Shown here one piece after another: positions 1 through 9,433 of a stretch of DNA of 58,771 bases (position 1 is the stretch's first letter; every line of letters starts with the position of its first letter). Under the pieces are notes generated by a model. The model saw nothing but the letters and a program-made list of their open reading frames with translations, was not told the origin of the DNA and did not search any database. This DNA is from Chryseobacterium gleum. GTDB lineage: Bacteria; Bacteroidota; Bacteroidia; Flavobacteriales_D; Crocinitomicaceae. The translations under genes were made by a program, and so were the position numbers. The stretch spans positions 1 through 58,771 of the forward strand of contig CALPUT020000001.1 in NCBI GenBank assembly GCA_943326825.2, read 5' to 3'.

Positions 1-1
1 C

Positions 2-217
2 ACACATACGAATTGTGTGAATGATGGATGTCATTTACTTTTTATTCAATGTGATGCATGTAAAGCAAAAATGCAAAATTGTTGTTCTGATGAATGTCAA
101 GAAATGATTCAGTTGCCGATAGATGTTCAGAAAGAACTTCGAAAAGGAAAAAGTATCAGTAATAAAATTTTCAAAAAAGGGAGATCTGAAAAATTACCTT
201 TTCAATCAAACAAATAA
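2..217 (+). CDS. trhO: tRNA uridine(34) hydroxylase TrhO / rhodanese-related sulfurtransferase, C-terminal fragment (5' end outside window)
   Basis: Frame is open from position 2. THTNCVNDGCHLLFIQCDAC...CCSDEC is the Cys-rich C-terminus of the YceA/TrhO family. Confidence 0.8.
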   Translation, partial: THTNCVNDGCHLLFIQCDACKAKMQNCCSDECQEMIQLPIDVQKELRKGKSISNKIFKKGRSEKLPFQSNK

Positions 218-241
218 TAGTTAAACTTAAAATATAACATT

Positions 242-1090
242 GTGAATTTATTTATCAATTGGACAATGAGTCCTGAAATCATAGATGGTTGGAAAACGCC
301 AAATTTATATGGATTATTATTTATTTCTGGTTTAGTACTTGGATTTTATACTATAAAAAGAATGTTTAAAATCGAACAAATTCAAGAAGCGATTTTAGAT
401 AAATTAGTAATGTATGTTGTATTAGCAACAATTATTGGAGCACGTTTAGGACATGTGTTTTTTTATGGACCATATTATGATTATGTTGATAAATGTGGGG
501 TAACTCATGAAGGTTATATTCAACACCCTTCAGCAATTTATAAAGTATGGGAAGGAGGTTTAGCTAGTCATGGTGGGGCAATTGCTTTACTAATTTCACT
601 CTATATTTTTTCAAAAAAAGTATCAAAGAAGAGTCTACTTTGGATATTAGACAGAATCGCAGCTCCAATTGCAATTGCAGCTACTTTTATTCGATTAGGT
701 AATCTTGTAAATCATGAAATAGTAGGTGATAGAACAAATGTACCTTGGGCATTTAGTTTTAAGAATTATTATGATGATCAACTATGTATGATTGATCCTA
801 CACCTCGGCATCCAACACAATTGTATGAAGCGATTTGTTATTTGATTATTTTCGCGATTTTAATGTATTTCTTTTGGAAGAAGCATGAGTTTAATAGACC
901 AGGTTTTATTTTTGGTTTATTTCTAATATTATTGTTTACAGCACGTTTCTTTGTTGAATTTGTAAAGGTTGGACAGACAGAAAGAGATAATACGTTATTT
1001 CTAAATACGGGTCAATTGTTAAGTATACCATTTGTTCTTGCAGGTATATACATTCTTTGGAATTCAATAAAAAAATCGAAAATAGCTTAA
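242..1090 (+). CDS. lgt: Prolipoprotein diacylglyceryl transferase
   Basis: Motifs IGARLGHV, WEGGLASHGG, RLGNLVNHE and HPTQLYE; multiple TM segments. Confidence 0.96.
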   Translation: MNLFINWTMSPEIIDGWKTPNLYGLLFISGLVLGFYTIKRMFKIEQIQEAILDKLVMYVVLATIIGARLGHVFFYGPYYDYVDKCGVTHEGYIQHPSAIYKVWEGGLASHGGAIALLISLYIFSKKVSKKSLLWILDRIAAPIAIAATFIRLGNLVNHEIVGDRTNVPWAFSFKNYYDDQLCMIDPTPRHPTQLYEAICYLIIFAILMYFFWKKHEFNRPGFIFGLFLILLFTARFFVEFVKVGQTERDNTLFLNTGQLLSIPFVLAGIYILWNSIKKSKIA

Positions 1091-1098
1091 TTTGATTA

Positions 1099-1617
1099 AT
1101 GGCAGCTAATAAAATCATATTAATTGGTTATATGGCAAGTGGTAAAACTACTTTAGGTAAAAAACTTGCAAATAAGTTGAATATACCTTTTATCGATGTA
1201 GATGCTAAAATAGAAGAGCTTAAAGGTTGTTCTATTTCTGAAATTTTTCTTCATAAAGGAGAGAAAGGATTTCGTTTATTAGAAACTGATTTTTTGAAAA
1301 CATATAATTTTCCAGAATCTTTTGTCTTGTCTACAGGAGGAGGTATGCCTTGTTTTAATGATAATATGAAAACATTAAATGCTTTAGGATCAACATTCTA
1401 TTTAAAAAGACCTGTTAAAGAATTGGTCAATCGATTAGTGAGTGCTAAAGAAAAAAGACCGTTAGTAGAAGGTAAAACGATTGAGGAATTAGAGACTTTT
1501 ATTACTGATACACTTATAATTCGTTCGCCTTTTTATGAATCATCTAAGTTTATTTTAAATAGAGAAAATCAAACAGTTGAAGAGATCATTGATTGTTTAA
1601 ATAGTTCTAATGAATAA
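1099..1617 (+). CDS. aroK: Shikimate kinase
   Basis: P-loop GYMASGKTT, followed by GEKGFR, STGGG and RPL motifs. Confidence 0.93.
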   Translation: MAANKIILIGYMASGKTTLGKKLANKLNIPFIDVDAKIEELKGCSISEIFLHKGEKGFRLLETDFLKTYNFPESFVLSTGGGMPCFNDNMKTLNALGSTFYLKRPVKELVNRLVSAKEKRPLVEGKTIEELETFITDTLIIRSPFYESSKFILNRENQTVEEIIDCLNSSNE

Positions 1618-2266
1618 TCAATTAATGGAGGAGTATTTAAAGGAAACAGAATTTTTAGACTTTAATCATTTAAATTTTGATTTATTTGTTGAAGGTATTG
1701 ATATTCATAAAAATCAAAAAGAGTTAGCCGTTGAATTATATCTAAAAGTCCGAGATCAATTTATTTATGATCCTTATCATTTAGACTTGACTTATGAGGG
1801 TTTAAAAGCGAGTAATGTAATCCCTAAAAAGAGGACTTGGTGTGTAGAAAAAGCTTTATTATTAGCTGCTGTGGCTCGTAAATTTGAAATACCATCTAGG
1901 TTAGGTTATGCAATTGTAACAAATCATATTGGAGTTGAAAAATTAGTGAAATTATTAAGACGTAATGAAATAGTTTTTCATGGTTATACAGAATTGTTTA
2001 TTGATGGAAAATGGTTGAAATGTACTTCTGCTTTCGATGCAAGAATATGTAAAATTACTGGTGTAGAGCCTTTGAATTGGAATGGGGAACAGGATTCAAT
2101 GTTTCAAGAGTTTGAAAAAGGAGCAAGATTTATGGAGTATTTACATTATTATGGAGATTTTAATAATGTTCCAATCGAATTAATGAATTCGGAAATGAAA
2201 CGTTATTATCCACATCTTTTTGATGAGGTATTTGATTCAAAAGATTTTTCTTTTAAACATTTGTAA
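1610..2266 (+). CDS. Transglutaminase-like family protein
   Basis: Cys-His-Asp triad motifs WCVEKA, FHGY and AFD; VRD..YDPY motif. Confidence 0.8.
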   Translation: MNNQLMEEYLKETEFLDFNHLNFDLFVEGIDIHKNQKELAVELYLKVRDQFIYDPYHLDLTYEGLKASNVIPKKRTWCVEKALLLAAVARKFEIPSRLGYAIVTNHIGVEKLVKLLRRNEIVFHGYTELFIDGKWLKCTSAFDARICKITGVEPLNWNGEQDSMFQEFEKGARFMEYLHYYGDFNNVPIELMNSEMKRYYPHLFDEVFDSKDFSFKHL

Positions 2267-2267
2267 A

Positions 2268-2948
2268 TTATTTAGTTGAATGTTTTTCAATAAATAATTT
2301 TTCTAATTCAATTCCTGCCTTAAGAATTTTTTTACTCCATTTAATTTTTAGTTTTGTTTGTTCTTCTTTCGAAAGTTTCCAATTTAGGTTGCTTTTCTCT
2401 AGACGTTCTCTTACGACATTTAATGAAATCGCAGCAGAAACTGAAATGTTAAAACTTTCTGTAAAACCATACATTGGAATTTTAACAAATTCATCAGCTA
2501 ATTCTTTAATTTCATCTGAGATACCTCTTCTTTCCGTTCCAAAAACCAGAGCAAAGGGTTGCGTGATGTCGAACTCATTGATAGTTACATCATTTGTGTG
2601 TGGTGTTGTAGCGATGATTCTATAGCCTTTCGCTTTTAGTTTTGAAATACAATCAATCGTAGGAGAATCGCCTTTGTCATAATTATACATGTCAACCCAT
2701 CTGCCAGCTCCTAATGCTATATCTCTTTGAACTTTATATTGATTATCTTTTTCGATTACATGGAGTTCCTGTATACCAAAACAATCACATGAGCGAAGTA
2801 CTGCGCTTGCATTATGTTCTTGGTATATATTTTCCATTACAACAGTGAAGTGCTTTGTTCGTTCAGCTGCAATTCGATCAAACATTTCCTGTTTGCTTTC
2901 AGAAATGATTTCATAGAATTCTTCTAATACTTTTTCGTTTACTTCCAC
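2268..2948 (-). CDS. trmH: TrmH/SpoU family tRNA 2'-O-methyltransferase
   Basis: SPOUT motifs HNASAVLRSCD, VFGTE..G and IPMYGFTESFNISV. Confidence 0.85.
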   Translation of the reverse strand: MEVNEKVLEEFYEIISESKQEMFDRIAAERTKHFTVVMENIYQEHNASAVLRSCDCFGIQELHVIEKDNQYKVQRDIALGAGRWVDMYNYDKGDSPTIDCISKLKAKGYRIIATTPHTNDVTINEFDITQPFALVFGTERRGISDEIKELADEFVKIPMYGFTESFNISVSAAISLNVVRERLEKSNLNWKLSKEEQTKLKIKWSKKILKAGIELEKLFIEKHSTK

Positions 2949-2973
2949 GATAGAAAATCTAAATTTTGATAAT

Positions 2974-3001
2974 AAAAAAAGGGAACCAAATGATTCCCTT
3001 T
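2974..3001 (-). terminator. Intrinsic terminator after the HU gene
   Basis: AAAGGGAA..TTCCCTTT stem with an A7 tract on + (U tract on -). Confidence 0.7.
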
Positions 3002-3022
3002 ACATCCCTTGTAAAGTAACTA

Positions 3023-3295
3023 TTAGTTAACTTTAGCAGAAAGTTCAGCTCCAGCTTTGAAACGAACAACGTTTTTAGCTGCAATTTTAATTTCTTTTCC
3101 TGTTTGAGGGTTACGTCCTGTTCTTGCAGCTCTGTTAGAAACTGAGAAAGATCCAAATCCTACTAAAGAAATTTTGTCTCCAGCTTTCATTGCGTTAGCA
3201 GTAGCACTTACAAATCCGTCTAATGCTTTTTTTGCATCAACTTTAGATAATCCTGACTCTGCTGCGATAGCATCAATTAATTCTGCTTTGTTCAT
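3023..3295 (-). CDS. hup: DNA-binding protein HU
   Basis: MNKAELIDAIA...GFGSF...RTGRNPQTG signature. Confidence 0.97.
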   Translation of the reverse strand: MNKAELIDAIAAESGLSKVDAKKALDGFVSATANAMKAGDKISLVGFGSFSVSNRAARTGRNPQTGKEIKIAAKNVVRFKAGAELSAKVN

Positions 3296-3337
3296 AGTTT
3301 GGTTTTTAATAGATGTTTGTAATAATTAATATCATAG

Positions 3338-3345
3338 CAAATATA
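3338..3345 (-). promoter_or_regulatory. Bacteroidota sigmaA -7 element (TATATTTG) for hup
   Basis: Matches TAnnTTTG about 42 nt upstream of the start codon. Confidence 0.65.
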
Positions 3346-3497
3346 TATGAATATCTATATCCTACAAGTGTTTTAGCGAAAAATATTTGAAAAATGTTGA
3401 AAAAAGTTATGTTTTGTTAATAACGAAGGTTGTTTTCATCTATATATCACTATAAGTTAGTGTTTATAGGGATTTTAAAGTGTTGAATAGGTAGTAT

Positions 3498-3532
3498 AAA
3501 AAAGCTCATCACAAATTAATGGATGAGCTTTT
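3498..3532 (-). terminator. Intrinsic terminator after rplI
   Basis: AAAAGCTCATC..GATGAGCTTTT inverted repeat. Confidence 0.75.
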
Positions 3533-3552
3533 AATAAATTATCGTGATAGAA

Positions 3553-3999
3553 TTATTCTCCTACTACTTCAAATTTGAATGTTGGTTTAACACCTTTGTG
3601 AAGATTTGCTTCAGCTTCATAAGATCCAACTTCTTTGATTGGTTCGTTTTTAATTTTCAACGCTTTACGGTCAATATCAAAACCAAGAGCTTTCAACGCT
3701 TCAGATAACTGAACTGTATTAACAGATCCAAATATTTTACCGTTTTCACCAGCTTTAGTCCCAATTTTTAAAGTAACGTCAACTAATTTAGCTGCAACAG
3801 CTTCAGCTTCAGCTAAAACTTTAGTCTCTTTATGAGAACGTTGTTTCATTACTTCTGTATGTGCTTTTAACGCAGATGCTGTAGCTAAATCAGCATATCC
3901 TTGAGGGATTAAGAAGTTACGACCATATCCTGGTTTAACTGTAACTACTTCATCTTTATAACCAAGTTTATCTACGGTCTTTTTAAGAATTACTTGCAT
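3553..3999 (-). CDS. rplI: 50S ribosomal protein L9
   Basis: MQVIL...LG...VKPGYGRNFLIP and KIFGSV motifs. Confidence 0.98.
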   Translation of the reverse strand: MQVILKKTVDKLGYKDEVVTVKPGYGRNFLIPQGYADLATASALKAHTEVMKQRSHKETKVLAEAEAVAAKLVDVTLKIGTKAGENGKIFGSVNTVQLSEALKALGFDIDRKALKIKNEPIKEVGSYEAEANLHKGVKPTFKFEVVGE

Positions 4000-4031
4000 T
4001 TTAAATAATATTATTGTGTTAAAAAATCGAC

Positions 4032-4295
4032 TTATTTCAACATGTCTGCCACGTATGGAAGAACTGCGATGTGACGAGCACGTTTAATTGCTTGACCAAC
4101 TTTCTTTTGGTATTTTGCTGAAGTACCAGTTAAACGACGAGGTAAAATTTTACCTTGTTCATTAACTAATTTCAATAAGAAGTTACCGTCTTTATAGTCG
4201 ATAAATTTAATTCCGCTTTTTTTGAAACGGCAATATTTTTCTTTTCTGATCTCAATGTTAATTGGAGTCAAATAGCGAACATCGTTTTGTGACAT
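4032..4295 (-). CDS. rpsR: 30S ribosomal protein S18
   Basis: IDYKD...GKILPRRLTG...QAIKRAR; lies between rpsF and rplI. Confidence 0.98.
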   Translation of the reverse strand: MSQNDVRYLTPINIEIRKEKYCRFKKSGIKFIDYKDGNFLLKLVNEQGKILPRRLTGTSAKYQKKVGQAIKRARHIAVLPYVADMLK

Positions 4296-4319
4296 GATTC
4301 TCTTTTTTAATGTTAATGA

Positions 4320-4676
4320 TTAAGCTTCAGCTGAAACTGATTTTTTTTCGCCCATTTTCGCTCTTCTTTTTTCAGAGTAAGCTAAATGATCTTTTTCCAT
4401 TTTAACTGTTAAGAAACGCATAACACGCTCATCACGTTTAAATGCTAATTCTAAAGTACCAATTGCAGTACCTTCAGCTTCAAATTCTACTAAAAAGTAA
4501 AATCCAGTTGATTTTTTTTGGATTGGATACGCTAATTTACGTAATCCCCAATGTTCAGTATGCCTAACTTTACCACCCAAAGAGCTGATCTCGCCTTCGA
4601 ATTTAGCTACTGCTTCCTTTGTCTGATCTTCAGACAAAACGGGAGTTAAGATGAAAACAGTTTCGTAAAAACTCAT
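4320..4676 (-). CDS. rpsF: 30S ribosomal protein S6
   Basis: YETVFIL.P and [10 protein letters not shown] motifs. Confidence 0.98.
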   Translation of the reverse strand: MSFYETVFILTPVLSEDQTKEAVAKFEGEISSLGGKVRHTEHWGLRKLAYPIQKKSTGFYFLVEFEAEGTAIGTLELAFKRDERVMRFLTVKMEKDHLAYSEKRRAKMGEKKSVSAEA

Positions 4677-4709
4677 AACTTATTATGTTTTAAAATTATT
4701 TTAAGGTTG

Positions 4710-4717
4710 CAAAGATA
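4710..4717 (-). promoter_or_regulatory. sigmaA -7 element (TATCTTTG) for rpsF-rpsR-rplI
   Basis: TAnnTTTG consensus 33 nt upstream of rpsF. Confidence 0.7.
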
Positions 4718-4940
4718 GAGAAAAAATCAATAGAATACTTAAATCGAACAAGAAAATTGAAAATTATTTACAATAATGACGCTTTTCTTATAATTAAACG
4801 TAACTGATTTTTTACAGTTGGGATAAATTTCGTTTTATTTCAAACAAAAGTATGTTTTTTATTTAAAATTATAGAGGTAGATTTTATAAATTGTTTAAAT
4901 TCGCCACATATTAATTATAGGATCTTAAACAACACATTTT

Positions 4941-7205
4941 ATGGTATTCGATTTAGATATGATAAAAAAGGTTTATGCCAATTTTCCTAGCAGAATTGAA
5001 GCTGCAAGAAAAATAGTAGGTAAACCATTAACGCTTTCTGAAAAAATTCTTTACGCTCATTTATGGGAAGGAAATGCAACTGAAGCTTTCGGAAGAGGAG
5101 TTTCTTATGTGGATTTCGCTCCAGATAGAGTAGCAATGCAAGATGCAACTGCACAAATGGCTTTATTGCAATTTATGCAAGCTGGTAAGAAAAAAGTAGC
5201 TGTTCCTTCAACAGTTCATGCGGATCACTTAATTCAAGCTAGAGTAGGAGCAACAAAAGATTTACAAGATTCTATTAATCAAAATAATGAAGTTTTTAAC
5301 TTCTTATCTTCTATTTCTAATAAATATGGTATCGGTTTCTGGAAACCAGGTGCAGGGATTATTCACCAAGTAGTTTTAGAAAATTATGCTTTCCCAGGTG
5401 GATTGATGATTGGAACGGATTCACATACTGTAAATGCAGGTGGATTAGGTATGGTTGCTATCGGTGTTGGTGGTGCTGATGCTGTAGATGTTATGGCAGG
5501 TATGGCTTGGGAGTTGAAATTCCCTAAACTTATTGGTATTAAATTGACTGGTAAATTAAACGGTTGGACTTCTGCTAAAGATGTTATATTAAAAGTTGCT
5601 GATATTTTAACTGTAAAAGGTGGAACTGGTGCTATTGTAGAATATTTTGGTGAAGGAGCTATTTCTTTATCTTGTACTGGAAAAGGTACTATTTGTAACA
5701 TGGGTGCTGAAATTGGAGCTACAACTTCAACTTTTGGTTACGACGATTCAATGAGACGATATTTAGCTGCAACAGGTCGTCAAGAAGTTGTTGATGCTGC
5801 TGATGCAATTGCTGAACACTTAACAGGTGATAAAGAAGTTTACGAAAACCCAGAGAAATATTTTGATCAAGTGATTGAAATTAACCTTTCTGAATTAGAA
5901 CCACAAATCAATGGACCATTTACTCCGGATAGAGGTACTCCAGTTTCTAAAATGAGAGCTGAAGCAACAGCTAATGATTGGCCAATGAAAATTGAATGGG
6001 GTTTAATTGGATCTTGTACAAACTCTTCATATGAAGATATGTCTAGAGCTGCTTCAATCGCTAAACAAGCTGTGGAAAAAGGATTGTTACCTAAAGCTGA
6101 ATTTGGTATCAATCCAGGTTCAGAGCAAGTTAGATATACAATTGCAAGAGATGGTATTATTGATACTTTCGAAAAGATTGGAACAAAAGTATTTACAAAC
6201 GCTTGTGGACCATGTATCGGTCAATGGGATAGAGAAGGAGCAGAGAAACAAGAGAAAAACTCAATTATCCACTCTTTCAACCGTAACTTCTCTAAAAGAG
6301 CAGATGGTAACCCAAATACTCATGCGTTTGTTGCTTCTCCTGAAATTGTTGCAGCAATTGCAATTGCAGGTGATTTAGGTTTTAATCCATTAACAGATAC
6401 ATTAACAAATGATAAAGGGGAGCAAGTAAAATTAGATCCACCAACAGGATGGGAATTGCCTCCAAAAGGATTTGATGTAGAAGATCCTTTATATCAAGCG
6501 CCTGCAGAGGATGGTTCTTCTATAGAGATAGCTGTTGCAGCAGATTCTTCACGTTTACAATTATTAGAGTCTTTTGATATTTGGAATGGTGAAAATATTA
6601 CAGACGCAAAGTTATTAATCAAAGTTGACGGAAAATGTACAACTGATCATATTTCTATGGCTGGTCCATGGTTGAAATATAGAGGTCACTTGGATAATAT
6701 TTCTAATAACATGTTAATTGGTGCTGTAAATGCTTTCAATGGTAAGGCAAATGAAGTTAAAAATCAATTGACAGGCGTTTATGGAGAAGTTCCAGCTGTA
6801 CAAAGAGCTTATAAAGCTGCTGGTGTACCTTCAGTTGTAATTGGAGATCATAACTATGGTGAAGGTTCTTCAAGAGAGCATGCAGCTATGGAACCAAGAC
6901 ATTTAGGTGTTAAAGCTGTAATCGTAAAATCATTTGCACGTATTCATGAAACAAACTTGAAAAAACAAGGTATGTTAGGGTTGACGTTTGCAAATGAATC
7001 AGATTACACTAAAATTCTTGAAAACGATGTGTTTAACTTTATCGACTTAAAAGAATTTACTCCAGGTAAACCATTGACTTTAGAAATTGTTCATGAAAAT
7101 GGTTCAAAAGAAAATATATTATTAAATCACACTTATAATACTCAACAAATTGAATGGTATAAAGCTGGTTCTGCTTTAAACTTAATCAAGTTACAAGAAG
7201 CATAA
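4941..7205 (+). CDS. acnA: Aconitate hydratase (Bacteroidota / mitochondrial-like type)
   Basis: [33 protein letters not shown] and [11 protein letters not shown] motifs; 754 aa. Confidence 0.96.
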   Translation: MVFDLDMIKKVYANFPSRIEAARKIVGKPLTLSEKILYAHLWEGNATEAFGRGVSYVDFAPDRVAMQDATAQMALLQFMQAGKKKVAVPSTVHADHLIQARVGATKDLQDSINQNNEVFNFLSSISNKYGIGFWKPGAGIIHQVVLENYAFPGGLMIGTDSHTVNAGGLGMVAIGVGGADAVDVMAGMAWELKFPKLIGIKLTGKLNGWTSAKDVILKVADILTVKGGTGAIVEYFGEGAISLSCTGKGTICNMGAEIGATTSTFGYDDSMRRYLAATGRQEVVDAADAIAEHLTGDKEVYENPEKYFDQVIEINLSELEPQINGPFTPDRGTPVSKMRAEATANDWPMKIEWGLIGSCTNSSYEDMSRAASIAKQAVEKGLLPKAEFGINPGSEQVRYTIARDGIIDTFEKIGTKVFTNACGPCIGQWDREGAEKQEKNSIIHSFNRNFSKRADGNPNTHAFVASPEIVAAIAIAGDLGFNPLTDTLTNDKGEQVKLDPPTGWELPPKGFDVEDPLYQAPAEDGSSIEIAVAADSSRLQLLESFDIWNGENITDAKLLIKVDGKCTTDHISMAGPWLKYRGHLDNISNNMLIGAVNAFNGKANEVKNQLTGVYGEVPAVQRAYKAAGVPSVVIGDHNYGEGSSREHAAMEPRHLGVKAVIVKSFARIHETNLKKQGMLGLTFANESDYTKILENDVFNFIDLKEFTPGKPLTLEIVHENGSKENILLNHTYNTQQIEWYKAGSALNLIKLQEA

Positions 7206-7227
7206 GTATTTAAAATAATGATAAATT

Positions 7228-7259
7228 AAGTCCTTACTTCATAAAAGTAAGGACTTTTT
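7228..7259 (+). terminator. Intrinsic terminator after aconitase
   Basis: 12-bp stem AAGTCCTTACTT/AAGTAAGGACTT followed by T's. Confidence 0.8.
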
Positions 7260-7272
7260 GGTTTTTATTAAT

Positions 7273-7280
7273 TACATTTG
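7273..7280 (+). promoter_or_regulatory. sigmaA -7 element (TACATTTG) for the beta-barrel gene
   Basis: TAnnTTTG 22 nt upstream of the ATG at 7303. Confidence 0.65.
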
Positions 7281-7302
7281 CACTTTACTTAATTAACATA
7301 AA

Positions 7303-7938
7303 ATGAAAAAAATTTATTTAACAATTCTAACTGTAGCTTTAAGTTTAGCTTCATTTAAATCAAACGCACAATGTATCAGCGAAGGTAAAATATTGATTGA
7401 TGGATATTACGGATTCCCTAATTTATACAGTGCTGTATTCAAATCAGCTTATGCAAATTCTGGTTCTGAAGCAAATTTAAAATTTGGAAGTCTTGGGCCT
7501 GTAGGGTTAAGAGCTGAATATTTATTAACTGATAAGGTTGGTTTAGGATTAGATTTAGGAATTAATTCATCTTCAATTTCTTACGATCAAAGTACTTCAG
7601 TTTATAACGAAACAACTTTTGCTTATGATGCAGTAACTTATAATTATAAGTTTTCAACTAGAAAAGTAGGAGCAATTGTAACATTCAATTATCACTTTGT
7701 TGAAAATGAAAATTTTGATGCTTACTTTGTCTTTGGAATGGGATATGGTACAAGATCTTTTTCATTTGAATCTACACAACCTGGTTATTCAAATCCTTCA
7801 GTAAAATCGTTAATTCCAGTTGCTTCTAAAATTGGAGTTGGTATGAGATATTTCTTTACAGAAAATATTGGTGCTAATTTAGCTTTAGGTTTTGGACAAG
7901 GTGGTTTATTAAATGCTGGTATTACTGCTAAGTTTTAA
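7303..7938 (+). CDS. Outer-membrane beta-barrel protein (small porin / OmpW-like fold)
   Basis: Signal peptide ending NAQ, alternating amphipathic strands, C-terminal Phe. Confidence 0.75.
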   Translation: MKKIYLTILTVALSLASFKSNAQCISEGKILIDGYYGFPNLYSAVFKSAYANSGSEANLKFGSLGPVGLRAEYLLTDKVGLGLDLGINSSSISYDQSTSVYNETTFAYDAVTYNYKFSTRKVGAIVTFNYHFVENENFDAYFVFGMGYGTRSFSFESTQPGYSNPSVKSLIPVASKIGVGMRYFFTENIGANLALGFGQGGLLNAGITAKF

Positions 7939-7959
7939 TGAAAGATTTATTTTAAATTT

Positions 7960-7995
7960 AAAAGAGGCAAATCATTTAGATTTGCCTCTTTTTTT
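7960..7995. terminator. Bidirectional terminator between the beta-barrel gene and xth
   Basis: 14-bp stem AAAAGAGGCAAATC/GATTTGCCTCTTTT between convergent genes. Confidence 0.85.
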
Positions 7996-8752
7996 ATAAT
8001 TCAATTCCAACTGGACAATGATCTGAACCGTGAATCTCATTTAATATAAATGCATCTTTCAATTTTGAAGATATGTTTTCAGAAATTAAAAAATAATCGA
8101 TACGCCAACCTACGTTCTTTTCTCTTGCACCACCTCTATAACTCCACCAACTGTATTTTATTTCATCACCATTTTTAACTCTGAAAGAATCTAAAATTCC
8201 ATTTGAGGTAAAAGCATCCATACCATCAATTTCTTCTTGCATGTATCCAGCAGCTTTGTTGTAGTTTTGCTTAGGTCGTGCAAGATCAATTGCTTTATGT
8301 GCAACATTAAAGTCTCCACAAACAATAACTGGCTTTGTTTTTTCTAATCCTTTTAAATAGGTTAAAAATTGTTGGTCCCAAATCTGGCGATAATCTAATC
8401 TTAATAATTCACTGCCCGAATTTGGAACATAAACTGTAATTAAGAAGTAATCGGCATATTCAGCACAAATTATTCGACCTTCTTTATCATGTTCTTCAAC
8501 TCCCATGTCATATGTTACATTCAAAGGAGTTTCTTTTGTTAAAATTGCTGTGCCTGAATATCCTTTTCGTTCCGCTTCGTTTGCATAAACAGTATACCCA
8601 TTTAATTCAGCTAAAGCTTCATTTACTTGTTCAATAGAAGCTTTAGTTTCTTGAAGGCAGATAATATCAGCATTGACATTTTTCATGTCAGAAATAAAGT
8701 CTTTTTTTGTAATAGCCCTTATTCCGTTTACGTTAAAAGATATGATTTTCAT
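7994..8752 (-). CDS. xth: Exodeoxyribonuclease III
   Basis: SFNVNGIRA, LQETK, CGDFNVAH, GWRIDY and GSDHCP motifs. Confidence 0.96.
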   Translation of the reverse strand: MKIISFNVNGIRAITKKDFISDMKNVNADIICLQETKASIEQVNEALAELNGYTVYANEAERKGYSGTAILTKETPLNVTYDMGVEEHDKEGRIICAEYADYFLITVYVPNSGSELLRLDYRQIWDQQFLTYLKGLEKTKPVIVCGDFNVAHKAIDLARPKQNYNKAAGYMQEEIDGMDAFTSNGILDSFRVKNGDEIKYSWWSYRGGAREKNVGWRIDYFLISENISSKLKDAFILNEIHGSDHCPVGIEL

Positions 8753-8778
8753 TTTTTTATTTTTGAATTATTAATTTA

Positions 8779-9294
8779 TTAATTTTTGAAGTCATAATTC
8801 TTTAGTTCTAATTTCATAATATAATCTTCCATTAAAAATCCATTTCCAATATCAAAATCTTCTTCTCGATCTATTATGAAATTCATTTTTTGATAAAAAT
8901 GTACAGCTTTATTCTTTTTATTTACATTTAAGATAAATATTGATTGATTGTGTTGATCTCTAAAATATGGAATAGCAAAGTCTAGTAATTTTTTTCCAAT
9001 ACCTTTACCTTGTTCCGAAGGAAGTACATAGATTTTTTGAATTTTTGAAATGCCTTGAGAATTGTAGTTTGGTTCAATTGATATAAATCCTAAATCATTA
9101 CTTTCTTCAGATAATACAAAGAAGTATTGTCCATTTTCAGATTGATTAGCGAGTGTATCAAGATTATACATCCAATCAAGCATATAATTTATCTGCTCTT
9201 CTGAAATGATACCTTTATATGAAGTTGGCCATGTAGCATGAGCAATTTTTTGAATTCGAACTACTTCATTCGAACTTATTTTTTCAATTTTCAT
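8779..9294 (-). CDS. GNAT family N-acetyltransferase
   Basis: Acetyl-CoA motif KIYVLPSEQGKGIG and N..A..FY. Confidence 0.88.
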   Translation of the reverse strand: MKIEKISSNEVVRIQKIAHATWPTSYKGIISEEQINYMLDWMYNLDTLANQSENGQYFFVLSEESNDLGFISIEPNYNSQGISKIQKIYVLPSEQGKGIGKKLLDFAIPYFRDQHNQSIFILNVNKKNKAVHFYQKMNFIIDREEDFDIGNGFLMEDYIMKLELKNYDFKN

Positions 9295-9433
9295 TTCTAC
9301 TTTTCTTAAATCTTCAATAAAAATAATTCATATTCGATAATAACTATGATAAAATAACTAATTCATTAAAAAATGTCCATAGAATTTTGTTAAAATTCAA
9401 ATAATATCGAATATTCTGACTTTCTTTGTATGT

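Noticed and set aside
4296..4319. Shine-Dalgarno-like AAAGAG upstream of rpsR
   Set aside because: Too weak to distinguish from the A-rich start context, and the 16S anti-SD sequence is not in the window.
5384..6378. Alternative-frame and antisense ORFs inside aconitase (and similar ones inside lgt, trmH, cysC, mgtC, the TonB-dependent receptor, pnp, efp and others)
   Set aside because: Shadow ORFs fully overlapping well-supported genes, with no motifs or expression signals.
4941..7205. Eukaryote-like aconitase as evidence of horizontal transfer
   Set aside because: Mitochondrial-like aconitases are the usual type in Bacteroidota.
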